The notes under the pieces were generated by a model. It searched no databases. It worked only from the letters and a program-made list of their open reading frames with translations, and was not told where the DNA came from. Source: the human T2T-CHM13v2.0 reference genome, Homo sapiens. From it: 64,000 nucleotides of DNA. Location: the NCBI RefSeq assembly GCF_009914755.1, contig NC_060928.1, one strand, 5' to 3'. Shown piece after piece: positions 1 to 14,472 of the stretch (within the stretch, counting starts at the first letter, position 1; each line of letters starts with the position of its first letter). A program made the position numbers and the translations under genes.

Positions 1-1270
1 ACTTCTCTGCATTGGTTATTCCAGTTAGCCATTCATCTAATTTTTTTTCAAAGTTTTTAACTCTTTGCCATTGGTTTGAAATTCCTCCTTTAGCTCAGAG
101 CAGTTTGATCTTCTGAAGCCTTCCTCTCTCAACTTGTCAAAGTCATTCTCCATCCAGCTTTGTTCTATTGCTGGTGAGGAGCTGCATTCCTTTGGAGGAG
201 GAGAGGCACTCTGATTTTTAGAGTTTCCGGTTTTTCTGCTCTGTTTTTTCCCCATCTTTGTGGTTTTATCTACCTTTGGTCTTTGATGATGGTGACATAC
301 AGATGGGTTTTTGGTGTGGATGTCATTTCTGTTTGTTAGTTTTCCTTCCAACAGTCAGGACCCTCAGCTGCATGTCTGTTGGAGTTTACTGGAGGTCCAC
401 TCCAGACCCTGTTTGCCTGGGTATCTGCAGCAGTGGCTGCAGAACAGTGGATATTGGTGATCCACAAATACTGCTGCCTGATCGTTCCTCTGGAAGTTTT
501 GTCTCAGAGGAGTACCCAGCTGTGTGAGGTGTCAGTCCGCCCCTACTGGGGGGTGCCTCCCAGTTAGGCTACTCTGGGTTCAGGGACCCACTTGAGGAGG
601 CAATCTGCCTGTTCTCAAATCTCAAGCTGCGTGCTTGGAGAACCACTACTTTCTTCAAAGCTGTCAGACAGGGACATTTAAGACTGCAGAGGTTATTGCT
701 ATCTTTTGTTTGTCTGTGCCCTGCCCCCAGAGGTGGAGCCTACAGAGGCAGGCAGGCCTCCTTGAGCTGTGGTGGGCTCCACCCAGTTCAAGTTTCCCAA
801 CTGCTTTGTTTACCTACTCAGGCCTGAGCAATGGTGGGCGCCCCTCCCCCAGCCTTGCTGCCACCTTGCAGTTTGATCTCAGACTGCTGTGCTAGCAATG
901 AGTGAAGCTCCGTGGGCATAGGACCCTCTGATCCAGGTGCAGGATATAATCTCCTGGTGTGTCATTTGTTAAGCCCATTGGAAAAGCGCAGTATTAGGGT
1001 GAGAGTGACCTGATTTTCCAGGTGCTGTCTGTCACCCCTTTCTTTGACTAGGAACGGGAATTCCATGACCCCTTTCCCTTCCCAGGTGAGGCGATGCCTC
1101 GTCTTGCTTTGGCTCACACACGGTGCATGGCACCCACTGTCCTGCACCCACTGACCAGCACTCCCCAGTGAAATGAACCCGGTACCTCAGTTAGAAATGC
1201 AGAAATCACCCGTCTTCTGCGTCGCTCACGCTGGGAGCTGTAGACCAGAGCTGTTCCTATTTGGCCATCT
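1..1270 (-). mobile_element. L1PA (PA3-long to PA6 type) 5' UTR plus ORF1 start; element continues left of the window
   Basis: Reverse complement starts AGATGGCCAAATAGGAACAG (L1 5' end/YY1 region); ORF1 MGKKQSRKTGNSKNQS begins at 255 and is broken at an A-run near 40-50. Confidence 0.95.
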
Positions 1271-4200
1271 AAAGCATTTTTTGCCTCAAGGCATACATTT
1301 GCTCTGTCTGTTTCCTCTTCCTAGAAAAATTCAATTAGACTTCTGTTCAAATGTCACCTCATTGGCGAGGCCTTTCTCGACTATCTTATGTCAAATAATA
1401 GCAGCCCTTTATCACTTTCTAGCCTCAGTGCCCTGCTTCATTGTCTTCTACTCAAGACTACCACTATGTTTATTGACTATCTCTTCCCACTTTAATGTAA
1501 GCTCTTGAAAGTAGGAACATTATCTCTACTACTCCTGGAATATAGTAGGTGCTCAAATGCTTTCATTTAATGAATGAATATTGTATATTGAAATTTGGAT
1601 GATAAAATAATTTTCTAAATAGAAACTTGAACCACAGTTTATATTCTTTTTTAGAAATCATATTCAAGGAAGGTAAAGATTAGAGGGAGAGGGGTTTAAT
1701 TTTTTTTTATTCAGTCATAATAAATGGAACAAACTATTTTTGAGGCTAATATTTCAGGCTACATGATATATTTTCTTGTGTTTTTTGCTTTGATGTTAAA
1801 AATAGTCATGGGAAGAGAAAAGTTTTAAAAAGTCAAAATGATTCTTATATTCTTACATATTATGATTGAAGGCCAGTCAAAAGAGCAGTGTGAGGAAAGT
1901 AAAAGTATCTCAAAGCTCTACAAAAGCTTTCAAACTCAACTGGTCACATGAACAAGAGAGAGAGAGAACATAAGTGAGTGAAATAGTCCAATTAAAAAAA
2001 CACCAGGATCTAGTGGGAATATGTCAAACTGGAGGCTTCACACTCAGTCTAAAGATAGTATTCCATTTTTAAAAATAGTCTGTAAGTAAAAATAAATATC
2101 TGCTTATACATATGTCTCAAAAGCCTGTCAGTTTGTATCCCTATTGCAGGAAGAAAAATATCAGAAGAAACTTCAGATGTCACAGAGCTACAATATTTCT
2201 TACTCAGTGTATGAGAACTCTTCATTTGAAAATCAAGAGTGAATCTTTAAAAGGTTGAATGCAGATTGTTCGCTCCAGAAATCCACCTGCAGATGAGAAT
2301 AGAATACTACTCTATGGCTAAATGAAAAGAACAACTTAAAATAATATTTATGCTTACCATTTGGGGAAATAAAGAGAAATGAGACCATAATTATTTCTAC
2401 AAAAATTCTGAAAATATCATTATTACTAATTTCTATTCTTTGACTTATTCTGTGTCCATTTGGGAAAAAAGCATTTTAATAATTTTTCTTAAACTAGTTT
2501 ATATGCATAGATAACCAGCAGCATCTGGCTTTTCCAGATTTAAAGACCGCTGCTCTGACCTTGATCTTTCCTCTTCTCTTGTAAATCACAGAGATGTGGG
2601 CAGAGGAAAATGTGATTTTGGAATACCCAAAGACACACAAGGTGTTCCAGCACAGAGTAGGCAAGAATTCACTGAGATCTCTTACATGTATTTATCTAAA
2701 GCTTTCTAACTCTGTTGATACACAGAGGCTCTAATCATAACTGCATCCATGTGTGCAGTGCATTTTCAGTGCCAATACACTAATAAGCTACAACACAATA
2801 AGCTAATATTTAATGTTCAACTTCACTTTAAGATGCCAACAGAGCATTGCACATGCTATAAATAACTGGAAATCCTTAGATCTGATTTGCAACACTCAGC
2901 CTATTCCATTATAAACTGGTGTCTCAGGGAGATAACATCATAAAGGTAAATCTTCCCATAAGAAATGAAATATAAATACAAAACTACTCTAAACCAAAAT
3001 TTATTTCAATTGAAGTTAGAATTTATTGTTTCCTTTCAAAATATCAGCATAACATATCCATCTTAAATGGAGACTTCCTTTGTTGTGTTTACATACTAAA
3101 TAAATGTTGTTCTTGTGCCAGATAATCCTGTAGCATGAAGGGCTTGCATAACTTTCTGGAGAGTTTGCCATAGCCTATTGTTCTCTAGAAGCTTCTCCAA
3201 ATGAAGCATTTCTCAGTTCACACATCTAAAGCAGTGAAGTACATAATGTAAATTATGCACAAGAGCATGCCATTGGCAACCTCTGTTGCACATGTGCACC
3301 CACACTTACACACATACATTCACTCATACAATAAATGGATAGCAAAGAAAAGTTTCAAATTAATTGATGTCCAGTAAAAACAGTCAATGTCAGGAGGAAT
3401 ATGATACCCTTGACTTATCTTTCAACTCTTAAGATTTATATCTAGTAGGAAGTATAAGTGATTCTCATTCACCTACTGGCCAGATATTTTTGTGGATCGA
3501 CCTAGTGTACTAGATAATTACATTCATTTTACCTTACTGTTCTATGTTCGTACTTTCCAAAGATTAGAGTGCTGGCTTTCAAAAAGAGAATTAATGTATT
3601 CTTTTTTATTTTGCTTTTTTATCTCTAAAAAGACACAGGAATAAAATTATGTTTATGGTCAAAGCCCAAGAAATAAAGTGTGGCAATATTCTATACCAAT
3701 GATGAAGAGCTACAAAATGAAAGAGTGGGTTGGTGAGGGAGAGACACAACAATGTTTAGTATTGTTTAATACATAAACCATGGAGAGACAGCCATCCTGT
3801 ATTCATAAGCCTGCAGAAGACCAAAAGCTTTGCTTAGTTTAGCAGTACCTCAAGGGCAGTTAGAGGGTACATTATTTCAAACTAATGTAATAAGAGGCCT
3901 CATGTGATCTCCTGGAAGCATCATCCCAGGCACCACATGCCAATGCTGCTGCTGATGACTGGTCCCCAGGCCCTCTAACTCTGGACTTACTTCACTCTCA
4001 GTGATAAGTTAGCCATGAGAGTGCAGTTGACATGGACTTGCTGATGAATTATTTCAGTGTTCTTTCAGCTTTATTTATTAGTTGGTATTTGTGAACATTT
4101 TTTACATTTTAATTTTCTTTGAAGACATATTTTATTTTCCTGACAGCATACATTCTGAATTGGGTGCTAAACTCACTAATATCTTTCTCTCTCTTGCTCT

Positions 4201-7200
4201 TTCTCTAGGGTTTGGGGAAAAATCTAATATTTGTGCTTGGCTAGAGACTGTCATTTTAGAAACAAAGACACATTTATTTTCCAACAGGAAGGTAGAGGTA
4301 GCAGCTACACAAATAGAAAATAAGATTAAACAAAAGGAAGGAGGAGAAAAACTACTCATCACAGAGGCTAGTACAGATGCTATGAATGAGCATCAAATGT
4401 ATTTCAAATGATCCCCACAGTTGGCAAGAGAGGAATCAAAATAACAACATGGCTTTTGTTTCTAACAAAAGGAATACCATCCTTCAGGGACACAAGATGT
4501 TGCCTCACCTTTAGAGGGTGTATCTCTCTGGGCAGACAGGGAAGAACTGAATGCAGACCATGACTCAGGTGGAAATCCCAGGTCCTGAGAAAAGGAATAA
4601 GGAATGGATGTAGCATGATCTTAATACAATAAAAAGGAAAAGCAGTTCAAACCTGTAAATACACTATGTGCCTTTTATTCATGCTTTCCCAGGAAAGAAT
4701 CTTTCAAACTGTTTGCAGAGTTGGATAATTACAACAGTGTGAGCTGGACAGACTGTACTGGAACCCAGGCTGAACCTATCAACCACCTTATTTTCTTCAC
4801 TCCAATCTCCCAAACACTACGGAGTCTAGAAACTGAAAGTCAGTGCTTAGATCATTCCAGATGTTGAGATTATGTGAAAGTTTTAAAATATCTCAAAATT
4901 TAAAGACTGAAAATGATCTCATAAAATAAATAATGGTAGAATTTAAAGACCAACATTATATCATGAAAGGAGTATATGCAACTCTTTTCTGCTAGAAAAA
5001 AACTAATAGAATATTTGCGAGTAGTAATCCACACCAAGAAAAAGAGAATAAATTATTTTGAAGTATAAATGTTGCAAACATTGGGAGATGATAGAGAAGG
5101 GGACGAATCTCTTCATAGAACATTGCATACTCTCAATAATGGTTAGCAGATATTCCAAAGCTAAGAGTGCTGATTTCCATTAGAAAAAGAAGAAAAATTA
5201 ATCACTGAACCTCAACATGTTGAACTGGGAAACAAAGATCAAGGATTTCAAGTAGCAACGGGGCCAAATACATCATATGGAGTGATTGCAGACTAGTACA
5301 GTAGGGATACATACAGTATGGAGCTGAAATAATAAGGTAATTTTTATTTATCTAAAGACAGTTTTGGAATATAAGACAAAAGAGAAATCAGTAAGAGTTA
5401 TAAAAATAAATTAGAAATTATGCTACTATAAATAAGTTACAAAATTAAGTTAGGTGTGTTCTGAAATTTTTCTTCCTTTTTTATCTACTTTCTATAATGA
5501 GAAAGCATAGACAAAAATAAATATTGGTTTTGAGAATATCTCATAGAAGAGCCTAGAGTGTGCAAGGAACTGTTTTTTTTTCTGGGAGGTTTTATTTTTG
5601 AGAATAAATTAGGAAACTAAATGAATGAACAAACAAACAAAAACAAACCATTAATTAAACCAAAAGCAGTTTAAAAATTATTTTTAAATGGGGTGTATAT
5701 TTCAAGGATATCTCCAGAAATACGGTGCCATTATTCTAAGCATGAGGGCAGAGGTCGGATTTTGGTAGCATTTAATGATTTTGTGGCCAAGGGCTCTGAA
5801 ATTCTAAATTTTGCTCTGCCAGTCACCCCTGCTGCCTACAGAGTTTCCTTGGCATACACATGAGAAGAACCAATAAATGGCAAATAAGAGCCAAAGCTAA
5901 GACCCTTGTTTAAACTCTCCTTCAGTACAAAATATGGTAAGACCAGATGACAGCACCTATACAGTGAGTCTCATGACTAATCAAGTCTCTAACCTTCTTT
6001 TGAAACTAAATTTTGGTCTTTTCTATACCACAGTGTCCAGCACACTCAGGGAAGTGAAGAGAAAGAGATAGAGAAAGAGAGAAAAAAAAAACAGAGGAAG
6101 ATGGACAGACATAAATAAAAATACCTCTTGGATGCCACTTACACTCCTGGATTCCTGGAAGAGAAGCAGTCAAATAAATACTACAAAGTATGGGATCATT
6201 CCTTTAAAAACACACTGACCTGATCACCTATAGACTAGCTCTAGCCTCAACATGCTTCTGCCTCTGACTAAACAATTTAATATCCCCTTTTCTTTGGGAA
6301 GAATAAGGAGTAGATGAGGAGAGAGCCAAGTAGAGCAATAGATGCTCATGTAGAACTTTGTCCGTTTTCTCAGTTATGTAGTTATCCTTCTTAAAATAAA
6401 CACAGAATCGACAAGTGTGCAGAATCAACAAATTACCCAACTGCATGCTCCCCCAGAAGTATCCTAGAGACTTGGCAACATGACAATTTGACTCAGTTCA
6501 TAATCCCCACAACTTGTAGGCATCAATTGGAGAGTGTTTGACAGTGCATTCTTGCATGTGTGCTCTTAAGCACACATGTACACATTTGTATAAGTATTTT
6601 GTTGCAATAGAGGAGAATTTAAGTGGTTTGTTTGTTTCCATGAATACATGTGAAGGCCTTATAAAATTTAATATCTTGTGGTCATTTTATTTACAAAAGG
6701 GCCTTGCCTAATACGGGACCTAAGGGCTCAGAAGTTGTAAAATGACCTGCTAGTGTCATAGGAGGCCTGACATCTCACTGATCTCTTCAACAAATATCTC
6801 TCCAATCTGTTGTAGGCATTAAGCATACAAGGGTGAGGAGAACAAGGCAGAGGTCACTTCTGAGATTTTAGTGGTGGGAGTATGAAAAATGAACAACTAA
6901 TAAACAAGATTAAATCATACGTTTTGTGAAAATAAACCAAACAGTAGATAAGAGAGTGACTGGTTAAGAAACTTTATATAAGCAAACGATGGGATATCTC
7001 ACCAAGGAGGTGATGTTGGAGGTAACCTTGTAAATAACTAGGAACAACTATGCCGCTAGAACACCTTGGAGAACACTCCAGGCCCAGCCCTGGAGAGAGC
7101 GCTTGCTCATTCAAATAAGTCCTGTGAGTGGTTTGGACAAAAGAAAAATAAACAGGTTTAGACTATATTTCTGAGTCAGGGCTATCATGATTGCATAAAA

Positions 7201-7565
7201 TATATGAAAACAGCTCACTCTGGCTTTGAAATAACTTTATGACATTTATGACATAATGTCATTTGCAAGTATCCACCTTGCTAAAATTAATGAGATATAA
7301 AAAAACCAAAAAAGTAAACATGTATATCATAGAATTAACAATTTAAATTACTATGGGAATGGTATCTGTGGTTTAAAAGCAGTTGTTATGTAAGCCACCA
7401 AGAAATCTTTATTTACTGACATAAACCTAAATTAGACCGAAATGAAAAATTCCAATATATGTCTTTCCACTAGCTAGTCAAATTATTATAAAAAGTGAAG
7501 TATTGCATGTATACTTTAATGTTTCATATTATATGAATATAATCTCTGTGATTAAATATGTTGTT

Positions 7566-7568
<3 letters not shown>

Positions 7569-7612
<44 letters not shown>
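7569..7612. repeat. (TG)n microsatellite
   Basis: About 22 TG units. Confidence 0.95.
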
Positions 7613-7617
<5 letters not shown>

Positions 7618-9829
7618 CATACATATATGCCATCTAGTGGATAAGGTGGGGGGGAAGTTTTAAGAGCTGCATAAAAGAATTATTTGCTGGTCAGTGTTTC
7701 CCCTTTAAAAAGGATTCACACAATCAAAACAACTCTCTCCAATATGTTTTGCAGATAAAGACCCAAATAGTCCCTTATTGTCTAGTAAATGGGTCAAGTA
7801 TATTAGGAAGAAAATGTTTCATTTTAGTTGCTTCTAGAATGGATCAATTTGTGAACAAATAAATCATGTGAGATTAGGGAGAGGTAGCAAACTTGAAATG
7901 ATTTTTTTCTGGGATTTATTTTGTTTAATTGGGTGTGAAAGTTCATGTTTATTCAGAATTTTGGACACATTTTTCTCCCGAATGGTTTCTTCTGTGCAAA
8001 CTAAATAGCACTATTTTCCTTTAGACACATATGCTTTGTCTAGTGTCATTTAACAAGGTAGTAAAAAATGTAGATTTTATTTGCTTAAACAAGCCGTGTC
8101 TTGCTTGCCTTCAAGCCTGATCCCTCCATACAGATTGTTCTCTTTGCTTCCTCCTTCCTCTTTTTTCTGTCTAACCCAGTTTAACCTCTATGTCTCACTT
8201 ATTGAGTACTTCCTCTAGAAGGAGTTTTATAACCTCACATACTGGATGAAACGCCTTGTTTATCTACTCTACAATGTCTTTTTACCTCTAAAATTGTACC
8301 TATCACACATTATTTTTTGTAATTACTTAACCATCTGTATCTTCATCTAGTCTATAATTTCTATGTGAATACAAACTCCATCTTTCTTTCCATTTCTGTA
8401 TTCCCAGCAAGAACCACAATGCTCGGCATGTAGCAGGTGCCCAAATATTTGATAAATAAATCTGTGATTCAATAAAGCAATGAATGAAAGCATCTAGTTC
8501 TCTCAGGTCTTTTGTATTACTGTTATTTGGGGGGGCGGTGAGATTCTTTTTCTACATAACTTACTACACTTTACTTGTTATTTTAACACTATCAAGTCTC
8601 CCTAAGAATATCAACCAAACAGGTCTGATACTGCTTGTTAACATGTGCTCCATCTAGGCTTAGGTGATTACACTGATTTGACAGCTGATACATTCATTAG
8701 ACAACACCAAAGTGGCCAAGAGTTGGTCCTAACCAATGACAAAACACAACTCTTTTTCTTCCATTTTCAATATTACTTTAATGTTTAGCAGTGTAAACAA
8801 AGTTTTGTTAACTATTAAATTTATGGTAATTTTAGCAGTTTTTAGTCTATGATAAGATGTGATGCTAAAGATATAAATCCAAGTTAAGTAATAATGCTAT
8901 ATTGTGTTAAGATGTTCTAAATATTTGACCTAACCTCAATTATTTGTTTCAATTTTAGTAAGTATTTAATGGGAGCTTGTTATGTACTAGTTAGTGAGCA
9001 ACATTCTAAAGATTAAAAAATAGCAAACAACATAGATGTGGCTCTGGCCTCGTGAATATTATAATTTAGGGTACTTTATGGAGAAAGGTATGTGTATAAA
9101 TGTGGTGTCAAGAGGAGACACTACTGGCAAGTGGGAAATGGAGTATTCTCTGATAATCTACTTTATTTCTGCTAATATGTCATCAAATTATCTTTTCTCT
9201 TCAAAACTTTCTTTTAATTGTATCATAAATAAACAAGCTAAAATGCCCGTCAAAGACAATAAGCTGCCTTAGTCAATACTTCAGGTCAGGCCAAGTTCTG
9301 TTTAGGCAGGAGCTACATTTTGAAACAGCTTTGGAAAGGTTGACTTCATTAACATTTAGAGCTCACAAATCTATAATCAATTTATGTATTGTTACTCATA
9401 GTGTATTAGAAAAGACTTGGGTAAAATATTTGTACTCAAACCGTTTGTACCATCTTTTAGTATGATTCTGCCCACAAGTTATCCTGAAAATTGTAATTCA
9501 ACCTGAGGTTGACAGGCATCCTAATTATGGAGTAGTAGTAAAAAAAGTAATAGAAACCCTCACACCTAGGTTTTGTTAGGCTCCAAACTGACTGGCATAT
9601 CTCCCCTATCCCACAATAGGATTTGTACAACCTATCAAAAAGTTCTTTCTCTTTATCCTAAGCACAAAGGATAGATGAGCTATGCTCCAATTCAGTACAC
9701 TTTATCATCAAGAACATTTGCAAGATCCTTCTCTTGTTTTTATTTTTCTTCTTTACTAATCTCTCATCTCGGTTATATGATTCAGAGATGTCCTCAAATA
9801 ATATCTAAATAAAACATTTAATATGATTT

Positions 9830-10860
<1,031 letters not shown>

Positions 10861-10864
10861 AAAA

Positions 10865-11260
10865 TCACATCCCTTGTAAGCTGGATTCCTAGGTATTTTA
10901 TTCTCAATGAGTTCATGTCCTTTGTAGGGACATGGATGAAATTGGAAATCATCATTCTCAGTAAACTATCGCAAGAACAAAAAACCAAACACCGCATGTT
11001 CTCACTCATAGGTGGGAATTGAACAATGAGAACACATGGACACAGGAAGGGGAACATCACACTCTGGGGACTGTTGTGGGGTCGGGGGAGGGGGGAGGGA
11101 TAGCATTAGGAGATATACCTAATGCTAAATGACGAGTTAATGGGTGCAGCACACCAGCATGGCACATGTATACATATGTAACTAATCTGCACATTGTGCA
11201 CATGTACCCTAAAACTTAAAGTATAATGATAATAAAATAAAAAAACCAAAAAAAGAAAAG
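10865..11260 (+). mobile_element. Young L1PA 3' end with a 41 bp inverted ORF2 piece at its 5' side
   Basis: 10865-10905 is antisense ORF2 (RIKYLGIQLTRDV); 10906-11260 is sense ORF2 end/3' UTR and poly(A). Confidence 0.9.
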
Positions 11261-12104
11261 CAAGAGGAGAACTCATTTAGATATGGTGATAAGGAAAGAT
11301 CTTTCAGTAGCGCTAACATTTTTCATGCTCAGAACTAAAGGCTAAGAAGGAAATGATCATTTAAAGACCCTGAGAATGACCATTTCAGGCAGAAAGCTAC
11401 ATACGCCATAGCCTTGTGGTATGATAGATTTCACTAGGTTGTAGGAACTGAAAGAACACCCAGGTGGCAGAAGAATAGTGAGGGACAGGAGGAATGGATC
11501 CAAATAAACTTGCAGAGATGGGTAGAACCAGACCATGGAGGTCTTTGCAGGCCATACTTGGAGATTTCATTCTAAATGCAATGAGAAGTAATTGACATAA
11601 TTTAAGTGGGAAGAAAATACTATTCTGATTTGAGGATTAAGAGAATCACTAACTGAGCTGTTGAATGTGGATTGTCAAGAGAACACTTAAGAGGTTATTT
11701 CACGATTCAGGCGAGTGATGAGGGTAACCAAGACTCAGGTGCCTTATGTTCCTTGGGAATTTAATAAGTGATAATAGGAAAAATGAATGAATTGCAGCGC
11801 TATCTAATGGAGAAGGCTAATTTAACAATCAAGTTTTTAGGACCAGGTGCTTTGAAAGATGCAATTCAACAGTAGGAAGCAAAAGTTGAGGCTAAACTCT
11901 TTATTGGTTTAGTGGAAGCCTAAATATTGGAGAGAACAAGATCTAAATATCTTGAGAAAAATCAATAATTAATAAGCTTTGCATAAGTATAGATAATTAC
12001 TCCATATTACTGTGGAATTCTTCGTGTCAGAGTAATCATTTGAATTTGCTATTTATGATTAACACCTTATTTGTGAGACATATTAAATACTATACAGATT
12101 TATT

Positions 12105-12408
12105 GGCCTGGGCGTAGTGGCTTACACCTATAATCCCAGCACTTTGGGAGGCTGAGGCGGGTGGATCACGAAGTCAGGAGTCCGAGACCAGCCTGGCCAT
12201 CTCTACTAAAAATACAAAAAATTAGCTGGGCATGGTGGCGTGAGCCTGTAATCCCAGCTACTCCAGAGGCTGAGGCAGAAGAATCACTTAAACCGGGAGG
12301 CGGAGGTTGCAGTGAGCCAAGATAGCGCCACTGCACTCCAGCCTGGGCAATAGAGAAAGACTCTGTCTCGGGTGGGAGGTGGAGGGTGGAAAAAAAAAAA
12401 GAAAAAAA
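12105..12408 (+). mobile_element. AluS with small internal deletion and G-rich tail insert
   Basis: Alu consensus match; TSD AGATTTATT on both sides. Confidence 0.9.
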
Positions 12409-13586
12409 GATTTATTACTGTGGCTGAACCTATTCTGACTGCTCAGAACCAGTTAACATATAGTGAAAGACCTAAATGGAACTCAGCAAGGCCTTTTTTT
12501 CTATAGTATCTCATTTAATTCTCACACAAGGACTGTGAAGTATATATAATCATACTCATTTTAAAGACAAGGAAATAGATATTCAAAAGCTTCAAGTAAG
12601 TTGTCTCACGAATGATGGAGCATGAATTCTATTCCAAGTTTGCCTGACTAGAAAGACTACCTTATTCCCACCATATACTGACTCTTAATTGCAGTATGTT
12701 ACAAATTGGGAGACACATCTGAGAATAAATTAAGCTTCTAAACTTGTGTGGTGTAGATTTACTTGAATCCTTGCATAATTTGCCAATTTATATAAATGAG
12801 TCTATTAAATTCCTAAGGCTTCATTACCATCCAATCTAGTTAGCCTTATCTCTATCTAAGGGAGATGATGACACATGCATAGTCACAAAATTCACTCAAA
12901 GCCAATGAACTAAGTTAATATATTTCACACTTAATGAAACACAGTATATTCGAATACTTGAACAAGTTTCATGTGCATAAAATGAATCTTAAGGAACATC
13001 TTGAAATGTTAAGTAAATTCTTATTAAATAACTATAAATAAGGAGAGAGTCATTATCAATACATTTTATATCTTTTCCCAGAATTCAGAATCTTTTTTAT
13101 TCTTCTTTAAAGCCCTCCATTCTAAAAACTTAATACAGTCTCAATTCCTCTAGGACACATAGGTATTTGATTTTCAATCTTTGTAGTACGGCAGAAAACA
13201 AGCAAGTATGCAGCAAGTCCATAAAATCTATGAAATCACTTTCCCAGAAGTGATCAATTTCCTCACTATTTTTATGTGTTTAGTTTGGCCTACTTGAAAA
13301 TTAATTTCATATTCTACTATATCTGTTCTTCATTATGTGGTTGAAAAATAATTGAAATTATCAGATGTTACATTTTCTGTTCAACTTTCAGTGTTCCTGA
13401 AAAAAGAAACATTTATAAGATAAAAAAGATTAAGATGTAAGTCCACAAGAAGGTTTGGAGGAGTGAACTTCAGAGGAAATTTATGTTTATATTTAAATAT
13501 GTTTTAATTCACCAAAATGAAACAAAACTTCACCTTTAATAAATAAAATATCAATAACATAATACACATATTAATACCATATTACT

Positions 13587-13884
13587 TATTTGCATTATCT
13601 GTACATGCACCTAATAAATCAATGCCCAAAATAATAAAACTTTCCTAATGGGGCCCACTTTCAAAATATCTCTCCAAATCACAAATGAACATTTACATTC
13701 AGAAAATTCTACCATGCCTACTAGTAAGTTTAATTTTCCAACTCTTGAAGATAATAATTTCATAACTTTTCTCCAAAAACCTTCTGACACATCCAGCTGA
13801 TGATCATTCTGCAAAAGAAGAAAAACAATTGCAATCACATGAGAGCCAAGTCTTCCTCCTAGCAACAAAACCACACACCTGGAT
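13587..13884. repeat. Copy A of ~300 bp diverged direct duplication
   Basis: Aligns collinearly to 14473-14780, about 85% identity by manual count. Confidence 0.9.
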
Positions 13885-14472
13885 ATTGGGTATTGTGGAG
13901 CTTATTTCTAGTTTCTATGTCTTTGCTTGCTAGAAATGTTAAAGATCTTGTTAACACTTCAATAAGACAGGTATTGGAAATATATGTACAAGAGATTTTT
14001 AAAATTGATTTTCCACCAAACATTCAATAGTTTTACAATTTGATGACTCCAAATTGGTTCTCCGTGATTCTAAGATTATCCAAAAGATGCAATTATCAAT
14101 GCTATGCTAAAAATAACAATGCTTTCTGCAAAGTTAATTTAACATACTTTGCTCAATATGACTGAGTCCAGATGATGAGGCATTTAAGAAATATGGTTAT
14201 ATATAACCTAGTTACCTCCTGTAACCTGCCTGAGCATAATAAATCATTTATCCTGGTACCCTTATGGTAGCAATTTGATGACAATGGAAATCTTACATCT
14301 ATTGCTCCTACCAGTTTTTCACTATTTCTTCCCACCATTCAAGCCCTCAATTCCCATTTTACCAAAGAAATTTTAGGTAGGCATTATAACTCTTCATTAC
14401 AAAAAGTTTAACTTATTTGCCCCTTCTTTCCTCCTCTTCTACTTTCTTGGCAATATTTCATCAATAACAAAC

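Noticed and set aside
13611-13874. Calling the duplicated-unit ORF a MULE transposase or viral protein from 'CKC..IWRDILKVG'
   Set aside because: Resemblance is too short and vague to name a family; kept only as an open question in findings.
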